Source of the DNA: Eledone cirrhosa | Taxonomy: Eukaryota | Assembly: GCA_964016885.1 (NCBI GenBank) | Contig: OZ024748.1 | Location: forward strand, 35,464,001 to 35,528,000 | Direction: 5' to 3' | DNA length: 64,000 nucleotides | Shown: positions 56,041-64,000 of the stretch, piece after piece | How the letters are laid out: every line of letters begins with the position of its first letter | Numbering within the stretch: the stretch's first letter is position 1 | The notes under the pieces: generated by a model | What the model was told of the DNA's origin: nothing | What the model saw: the letters and a program-made list of their open reading frames with translations, nothing else | Database searches by the model: none | Position numbers and translations under genes: made by a program

Positions 56041-56676
56041 TACATACATATACATTATATATACACACATACATATATACATACACACACATATATATAT
56101 ATATGTGGCTGCCAACTCGTTTTCGAGTACGGCCACTACTTTATATCCATGCAGGAGAACTCCTACCGATGCGCTGAACGAATGTGACTTTTTAGTCCAG
56201 CCAGCGACTCGAAAACTCTGGTACAAACACTACACTTGTGACAATTATTGACACAGTGCTGGGCCCATGGTACCATGTGACGACAAGTACAGAGAGATCT
56301 CCAGATATAAAGCAATGTCTGTGCCGTGAAGCTTTTAGGCACTGCACAAAGCCAGTCCCACTCTCTTAACCAAGATGATATTTACCAAAAAGAAAAACAA
56401 GTCAACATCATTGGATACCATCAGGGTTGCAGGTGTTATATCAGAGTTTTCCTTATCTTAGAATTCTGCCTTGACAAAGGCTAAGGGGTCATCCCTCCCG
56501 GTAATTTTGGATGGCCATTGACTCTTAAGAGCTCCTTTTCCCTTTGACAGGTTTTGTTTTTAGTCCTGCAGGATGTCCAAAGTCACCCACCTCACCAAGA
56601 AACCTTGGTGGGGTTGCCAGTTTAGTCGCCAACGACCCGACCATGACACAGGTTGTACTGGGATACATGTTACCAG
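52644..56676 (-). mobile_element. Head-to-tail tandem array of a ~600-bp non-autonomous RTE-like retroelement with (TA/TACA/CA)n spacers
   Basis: Copies at 52644-52908 (partial), 53307-53912, 54049-54654, 55083-55676 and 56105-56676; periods 1004, 742, 1022 and 1022 bp. The minus strand carries GGAAAACTCTGATATAAC (resembling RTE-clade 5' UTRs as I recall them), a terminal C2H2 remnant, a short 3' UTR and a microsatellite tail. The tandem structure is observed; the RTE assignment is by recognition. Confidence 0.8.
54108..54179 (-). pseudogene. Remnant C-terminal C2H2 zinc finger ([23 protein letters not shown]-stop) of a LINE ORF; present in each full copy of the array
   Basis: C-x2-C-x3-F-x5-L-x2-H-x4-H spacing immediately before a stop and short 3' UTR. 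No RT or endonuclease coding sequence upstream. An 11-bp deletion (tagtgagcaaa) upstream breaks the frame in the last two copies. Confidence 0.7.
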
Positions 56677-57514
56677 CTGCTACTACTACAGCAGTAACAA
56701 CAGATGTGTTAGAACCACAGTAAAGATAGTTTAACTCTGTTGTTACCAACACACCTAAAACTCTCCAGTTCTTTTGACACGACTGTTTAGTGTGAAATGT
56801 TTCATAATTTTATATCAAAATATTTCTTAAATAATCTTTATTTAAGAAATCTTAAGTAATTCTATTTAAGAAATCTTTCTTCGTCATCTGATGAAGATAT
56901 TCTCATGGAATGACTAAATGAGGTTTAGTCTCTGGAAAGAAACAATGCAGTTATTAATAAGAAGAGCTGAAATTAATGCATTAATGCTTGCAAGATTTCA
57001 CAGCTCTAGCGTCATCACACTTTCATAGTTAGCCTATGAACTTTCCAGCCTACCCTCGTCCACTTTAATCTCATAAATAGTCTATTACTTTGATCGAACA
57101 ACTGGACAACTCTAATATTCAACATCACAACCGACGGAAACCCATTCCTACGTCTGTTAATTACAGAATTGGAAGCATTGATCTGTGACAATAACCAAAT
57201 GCTGCTCGTCTAAGTCTTTAATTTATGATTCGTTAATCACCGATGCTTCTATTAATGTTTATCAATATATTTATCATATTTCCCATTCAGTACTATATAT
57301 TTTTGTCTTTTGTGATATTTATCTATATATCTTCGATATCGATCTCTGCTGCTGCTATCATTAATGCTGAATTCTCTGTAGATTTTGTGTGAGATAAATT
57401 CACCAATTCTACTTCATCTCTTAATATTGCTACTACTTTATAAATGGAGTGCAATCTCTTGCACTTACCATGATTACAAACTAGGAACAACAAAAGTCAA
57501 TGAAACAGACTCTA

Positions 57515-57925
57515 TGTAGTCAATCAACTTGCTAGAAATAGCAGGCAAATTACTCTCAAATAACTGTTTCTACTTTAGGCACAAGGCCAGCAATTACCCA
57601 GTGCATTACTGGTACTTTATTTTATCGACCCCGTAAGGATGAAAGGCAAAGTCAACCTTAGCGGGATTTGAACTCAGATCGTAAAGGGACGTAACTATGC
57701 TGGAAAGCATGGCGTCCGACCCTCTACCAATACTGCCAATTCACCGCCCTTTTTTTATTACTCTCAAATAACACCGAATCGTCTTTGTAAAGTAAGTTAA
57801 ATACATTAGATAATGTAATCTGGGGTATACCACTGACCCTCTTCCCCCAAAGAAGCGACAGGATGGTCACAGAATGGTTTGTTCGATCAGGGCTTACCTG
57901 AAGCTAAACATCAACGACAACAATA
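57515..57925 (+). mobile_element. Old diverged interspersed repeat (SINE/LINE-tail-like, ending in a CAA-rich tail) interrupted by a younger SINE
   Basis: cttgctagaaatagcaggcaaat...ggatggtca...tcgatcagggcttacctgaagctaaacatcaacgacaacaa resembles a common octopus retroposon 3' end from memory. It is single-copy in this window, so it cannot be confirmed internally. Confidence 0.5.
57565..57750 (-). mobile_element. Full-length family A SINE with perfect 16-bp TSD
   Basis: Same head, B box and body as 47864-48044. ATTACTCTCAAATAAC occurs at 57549-57564 and 57757-57772, with a short T run between the element and the right TSD. Confidence 0.92.
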
Positions 57926-58016
57926 GCAAGAAGAAGAATTTACAGCAATCCTTCTTGTGTTGTTGCTGCTGTCGTCAGATGTATCTGGGAATAGTTGGTG
58001 TTTTAATATTTCTTGT

Positions 58017-58340
58017 GACACTTCGTTGGATTCGACGATGAGTGTTCCAGTTGATATGATTAAAGGAACAGCATACTGGTGAAATTAACGTGCAAGTGGC
58101 TGAGCATTCCACTGACACGCGTAACCTTAACGGAGTTCTCAGGGAGATTCAGTGTGACACAGAATGTGACAAGGCTGGCCCTTCAAATTATAGCTACAAT
58201 TGATTGTTACCAGCCGAGTTGAGACTGGAATAATGTGAATTAAAGTGTCTTTCTCAAGGACACAACACACCGCCGGGAATCGAACTCACGAACCTTACGA
58301 TCGGGAGCTGAATACCCCTAACAACGAAGCAATACACCTT
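58017..58340 (-). mobile_element. Second tRNA-derived SINE family (family B), diverged
   Basis: Minus strand has a tRNA-like head with B box GAGTTCGATTCCC (58275-58287) followed by GTGTCCTTGAGAAAGACACTT, a motif typical of the central region of CORE/V-type SINEs. Confidence 0.75.
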
Positions 58341-58713
58341 CCCCTTTTACTATTAAAATGTGTAAAATGGTGACTATTGGCCTTAGCACGATGTTGTCAT
58401 AGTAACCGACTAAAAGATTTTTAGACATTTCTGGTCCCAGATGAAATATTCTTATTTGCTAATTTTGACTTTAATATCTCTGTAATCTACATCAATTAGT
58501 ATAACCTATTACACTAATTGCCACCTATATTGACCGCATCATCTGTAGACACAAACTTAGCAATCAGCTATTGCTCCACTATGGAATTGGGAGAATCTAT
58601 AGGATGAAGGTTTAACAGGTATAATTTAGCAGAGGCTCCCGTTTGTTTTGTTTCATATTTGATAGATCTGGAGGACGAAACAATACTTAAATATTTTGGA
58701 CCTTCATGTGTTT

Positions 58714-59312
58714 AACTTTGAGCTCCAAGTGTCCATACCTGACCTCCAAGTGTCTATATCTGATCTCCAGATGGTCAACTCTGACCGCCAAGTGTCCATA
58801 CCTGAACTCCAAAAGTCTATATCTTACCTCCAGGTGGTCAACTCTGACCTCCAAGTGTCCATACCTGAGCTCCAAGTGTCTATATCTGACCTCCAGGTGG
58901 TCAACTCTGAACTCCAAGTGTCCATTCCTAACTTCCATGTGTCTATATCTGACCTCCGGATGGTCAACTCTGACCTCCAAGTGTCCGTACCTGACCTCTA
59001 AGTCTCCATATCTGACCTCCAGGTGGTCAACTCTGACCTCCAAGTGTCCATGCCTGACCTCCAAGTGTCCATATATGACCACCAGGTGGTCAGCTCTGAC
59101 CTCCAAGTTTCCATACATGATTTCTAAGTGTCTATATCTTAACACCAGGTGGTCAACACTGACCTCCAAGTGTCCATATATGACCTCCAAGTGTCCATAT
59201 CTGACCTGCAGGTGGTCAACTCTGACCTCCAAGTCTCCATACCTGAACTCCAAGTGTATATATCGGACCTCCAATTCGTCAACTCTGACCTCTAAGTGTC
59301 CATACTTGACCT
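58714..59312. repeat. 21-bp/63-bp satellite, block 1
   Basis: Trimer TCTGACCTCCAAGTGTCCATA-CCTGACCTCCAAGTGTCTATA-TCTGACCTCCAGGTGGTCAAC repeated with variants. Confidence 0.97.
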
Positions 59313-59384
59313 TTTAGCAGTATTAGTTGTAGATGTTATCGCCACTTTAGCAGGGTGGTAGAATCAGTGGTCGTTAGTTGCCAG

Positions 59385-59865
59385 TGTGGTAAGTGATAGT
59401 ATCCTCGTTGGATTATCTTGTTGACATAGACGTGAGGGAAGGTCCCTCGATCTATTTACCATCTATTTACAATATTCCTTTCGTCAGGTCGCAAATTCCA
59501 GCAGCATGGATTAAAGATGTCATTGAGACAAGAGTAACATAATAACGACTTCAACCGCAGTAATTAGAGATGAAATGTTTGTTTATTTATATGGTTGAAG
59601 TTACAGATAAAAAGAGGTTACATTAGGGAATGTGCCATTGCGCCGTTAAGCCGGCGAGGCTAGTGGTGCAATATCTCACTGTTACATTATGCGTGTTGCT
59701 GGCTCGAAGATTCTGGTACAAGCTAGAGATTCTTCAAATCTTCGCGGGGAATTTCTTCCTCAGGGCGCGTAGGGATACATCCTCTTCTACTGGCGCTGAT
59801 TGGCTGAACTGAGCCAAATCACGCACAGAGAATGTATGTGAGCCCGCGGAATGTAGGTCACTACA
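59385..59865 (-). mobile_element. Probable LTR (481 bp) followed by about 70 bp of putative internal sequence, within the 63-bp satellite
   Basis: The minus strand starts TGTAGTGA exactly at the satellite junction and ends TTACCACA (imperfect terminal inverted repeat, TG...CA). It contains AGCCAATCAG and TATAAATAAA and is followed after 1 nt by TGGCAAC (PBS-like start). No second LTR or coding region is seen. Confidence 0.5.
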
Positions 59866-62800
59866 ACCTCCAAGTGTCTATATCTGACATCCAGGTGGCA
59901 AACTCTGACCTCCAAGTGTCCATACCTGACCTCCAAGTGTCCATATCTTACCTTCAGGTGGTCAACTCTGACCGCCAAATGTCCATACCTGAACTCCAAA
60001 TGTCTATATCTTACCTCCAGGTGGTCAACTCTGACCTCCAAGTGTCCATACCTGAGCTCCAAGTGGCTATATCTGACATTCAGGTGGTAAACTCTGACCT
60101 CCAAGTGTCCATACCTGAGCTCCATGTGTCTATATCTGACCTCCGGATGGTCAACTCTGACCTCCAAGTGTCCATAACTGACCTCTAAGTCTCCATATCT
60201 GACTTCCAGGTGGTCAGCTCTGACCTCCATGTGTCCATGCCTGACATCCAAGTGTCCATATCTGAACTCCAGGTGGTCAGCTCTGACTTCCAATTGTCCA
60301 TACCTGACCTCCAAGTGTCTATATCTGACCTCCAGGTGGTCAACTCTGACCTCCAAGTGTCCATATCTGACCTCCAAGTGTCCATATCTGACCTCCAAGT
60401 GTCCATACCTGACCTCCAAATGTCTATATCTGACACTCAGGTGGTTAACTCTGACCTCCAAGTGTCAATACCTGACCTCCAAGTGTCTACATCTGACCTC
60501 CAGGTGGTCAACTCTGACCTCCAAGTGTCCATACCTGACCTCCAAGTGTCTATATTTGACTGGGAAGTGGTCAACTCTGACCTCCAAGTGTCCATATCTG
60601 ACTTCCAGGTGGTCAACTCTGACCTCCAAGTGTCCATACCTTACCTCCAAGTGTATATATCTGACCACCAGGTGGTAAAGTCTGACCTCCAAGTGTCCAT
60701 ACCTGACCTCAAAGTTTATATATCTGACCTCCAGGTGGTCAACTCTGACCTCCAAGTGTCCACACCTGACCTCCAAGTGTCCAAACCTGACCTCCAAGTG
60801 TCTATATCTGACCTCCAGGTGGTCAACTCTGACCTCCAAGTGTCCATACCTGACCTCCAAGTGTCCATACCTGACCTGCAAGTGTATATATCTGACCTAC
60901 AGGTCGACAACTCTGACCTCCAGGTGTCCATACCTGACCTCCAATGTCTATATCTGACCTTCAGGTTGTCAATTTTGACTTCCAGGTGTCCATATCTGAC
61001 ATCCAGGTGGTCAACGCTGACCTCCAAGTGTCCATATCTGACCTTCAAGTGTCTATATCTGACCTTCAAGTGTCTATATCTGACCTCCAGGTAGTCAACT
61101 CTGACCTCCAAGTGTCCATATCTGACCTCCAAGTGTCTATATCTGACCTCCAGATGGTCAACTCTCAGCTCCAAGTGTCCATACCTGACCTCCAAGTGTC
61201 GATATCTGACCTCCAGGTGGGCGGCTCTGACCACCAAGTTTCAATACAGGATTTCTAAGTGTCTATATCTTAACTCCAGGTGGTCAACACTGACCTCCAA
61301 GTGTCCATATCTGACCTGCCGGTGGTCAACTCTGACCACCAAGTGTCCATACCTGACCTCCAAGTGTATATATCTGACCTCCAGGTGGTCAACTCTGACC
61401 TCCAAGTGTCCACACCTGACCTCCAAGTGTCCAAACCTGACCTCCAAGTGTCTATATCTGACCTCCAGGTGGTCAACTCTGACCTCCAAGTGTCCATACC
61501 TGACCTCCAAGTGTCCATACCTGACCTGCAAGTGTATATATCTGACCTACAGGTCGTCAACTCTGACCTCCAAGTGTCCATACCTGATCTCCAATGTCTA
61601 TATCTGACCTTCAGGTGGTCAATTTTGACTTCCAGGTGTCCATATCTGACATCCAGGTGGTCAACGCTGATCTCCAAGTGTCCATATCTGACCTTCAAGT
61701 GTCTATATCTGACCTTCAAGTGTCTATATCTGACCTCCAGGTAGTCAACTCTGACATCCAAGTGTCCATATCTGACCTCCAAGTGTCTATATCTGACTTC
61801 CAGATGGTCAACTCTCAGCTCCAAGTGTCCATACCTGACCTCCAAGTGTCGATATCTGACCTCCAGGTGGGCGGCTCTGACCACCAAGTTTCAATACAGG
61901 ATTTCTAAGTGTCTATATCTTAACTCCAGGTGGTCAACACTGACCTCCAAGTGTCCATATCTGACCTGCCGGTGGTCAACTCTGACCACCAAGTGTCCAT
62001 ACCTGACCTCCAAGTGTATATATCTGACCTCCAGGTGGTCAACTCTGACCTCCAAGTGTCCATACCTGACCTCCAAATGTATATATCTGACATCCAGGTA
62101 GTCAACTCTGACCTCCAAGTGTCCACACCTGACCTCCAAGTGTCTATATCTAACCTCCAGGTGGTCAAATTTGACCTCCAAGTGTCCATACCTGACCTCC
62201 AAATGTCCATATCTGACCTCCAGCTGGTCAACTCTGACATCCAAGTGTCCATACCTGACTTGCAATGTCGATATCTGACCTCCAGGTGGTCAACTCTGAC
62301 CTCCAAGTGTCCATACCTGACCTCCTAGTGTCCATATCTGACCTCCAGGTGGTCAACTCTGACCTCCAAGTGTCCATTCCCGACCTACAAGTGTCTATAT
62401 CTGACCTCCAGGTAGTCAATTCTGACCTCCAAGTGTAAATACCTGACCTCAAGTGTCCATATCTGACCTCCACGTGGTCAACTCTGACCTCCAAGTGTCC
62501 ATACCTGACCTCCAAGTGTATATATCTGACCTCCAGGTGGTCAATTCTGACCTCCAAGTGTCCATACCTGACCTCCAAGTGTATATATATGACCTCCAGG
62601 TGGTCAACTCTGACCTCCAAGTGTCCATAACTGATCTCCGAGTGTCTATATCTAACCTACACGTGATCTTCTCTGAACTCCAAGTGTCCATACCTTACCT
62701 CCAAGTGCCTATACCTGACCTCCAAGTCTATATATCTGACCTCCAGGTGGTCAACTCTGACCTCCAAGTGTCCATACCAGACCTCCAAGTGTATATATCT

Positions 62801-64000
62801 GACTTCCAGGTAGTCAATTCTGAACTCCAAGTGACCATAACTGACCTCCAAGTGTTTATATCTGACCTCCAGGGGGTCAACTCTAACCTCCAAGTGTCCA
62901 TACTATGAACTCCAAGTGTATATATCTGACCTCCAGGTGGCCACCTCTGACCTCCAAGTGTCCATACCTGACCTCCAAGTATATATATCTGACCTCCAGG
63001 TTGTCAACTATGACCTCAAATTGTCCACACCTGACGTCCAGATGGTCAAATTTGACCTCCAAGTTTCCATACCTGACCTCCAAATGTCCATATCTGACCT
63101 CCGGCTGGTCAACTCTGACCTCCAAGTGTCAATACCTGACTTGCAATATCGATATCTGACCTCTGGGTGGTCAACTCTGACCTCCAAGTGTCCATACCTG
63201 ACATCCAAGCGTATATATCTGACCTGCAGGTGGTCAACTCTGACCTCCAAGTGTCCGTACCTGACCTCCAAGTGTCCATACCTGACCTCCAAGTCTATAT
63301 ATCTAACCTCCAGGTCGTCAAATCTGACCTCCAAGTGTCCATACTATGAACTCCAAGTGTATAAATCTGACCTCCAGGTGGTCACCTCTGACCTCCAAGT
63401 GTCCATACCTGACCTCCAAGTGTACATATCTGACCTCCAGGTAGTCAACTATGACCTCCAAGTGTACACACCTGAACTCCAAGTGTCTATATCTGATCTC
63501 CAGGTGGTCAACTCTGACCTCCAAGTTTCCATACCTGACCTCCAATTGTCTATAACTGACGTCCAGATGGTCAAATTTGACCTCCAAGTTTCCATAATTG
63601 ACCTCCAAATGTCCATATCTGACGTCCAGCTGGTCAACTCTGACCTCCAAGTGTCAATACCTGACTTGCAATATCGATATCTGACCTCCAGGTGGTCAAC
63701 TCTGACCTCCAAGTGTAAATACCTGACCTCAAGTGTCCATATCTGACCTCCAGGTGGTCAACTCTGACCTCCAAGTGTCCATACCTGACCTCCAAGTGTC
63801 CATACCTGACCTCCAAGTCTATATATCTGACCTCCAGGTGGTCAAATCTGACCTCCAAGTGTCCATACTATGAACTCCAAGTGTGTAAATCTGACCTCCA
63901 GATGGTCACCTCTGACCTACAAGTGTCCATACCTGACCTCCAAGTGTATATATCTGACCTCCAGGTGGTCAATTTGACCTCCAATTGTCCACACCTGACA
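59866..64000. repeat. 21-bp/63-bp satellite, block 2, continuing off the right edge
   Basis: Same trimer as block 1. The ORF track shows 7/21-aa periodicity (SDLQVSIPDLQVSISDLQVVN). Confidence 0.98.

Noticed and set aside
56877-56940. CTGATGA motif suggesting a hammerhead ribozyme
   Set aside because: No correctly placed GAAA after a stem II and no stem III/cleavage triplet could be assembled.
58687-63858. Heptad-repeat ORFs (SDLQVSI / HLEVRYG) resembling coiled-coil or solenoid proteins
   Set aside because: They follow from the 21-bp period, are open on both strands, and are interrupted by frameshifts, stops and a non-coding insert.

Overview
Eukaryotic, AT-rich, repeat-dominated window with no credible protein-coding gene. 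The SINE sequences and microsatellite load resemble octopus (coleoid cephalopod) DNA; this is an inference from pattern recognition, not a search. Bases 1-45277 are one continuous 24-bp tandem satellite (consensus GACA[T/C]GGTGTCTTGTACCATTAAA, about 1,880 monomers by length, open at the left edge). It has an internal palindrome, nested higher-order duplications (about 0.3, 1.0, 1.5, 2.5, 3.3 and 11 kb) and a divergence gradient toward its right edge. Bases 45.3-58.7 kb contain a (GGT/GAT)n tract, microsatellites, tRNA-derived SINEs with clear target-site duplications, a non-autonomous Helitron, and a head-to-tail array of a ~600-bp RTE-like retroelement separated by homologous microsatellite spacers. 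Bases 58.7-64 kb are a second satellite (21-bp monomers in a 63-bp trimer) interrupted by a probable LTR fragment. Nearly all ORFs in the supplied track are by-products of repeat periodicity. The best candidates for something undescribed are the tandem RTE-derived array and the architecture of the two satellites; neither is shown to be functional by sequence alone.
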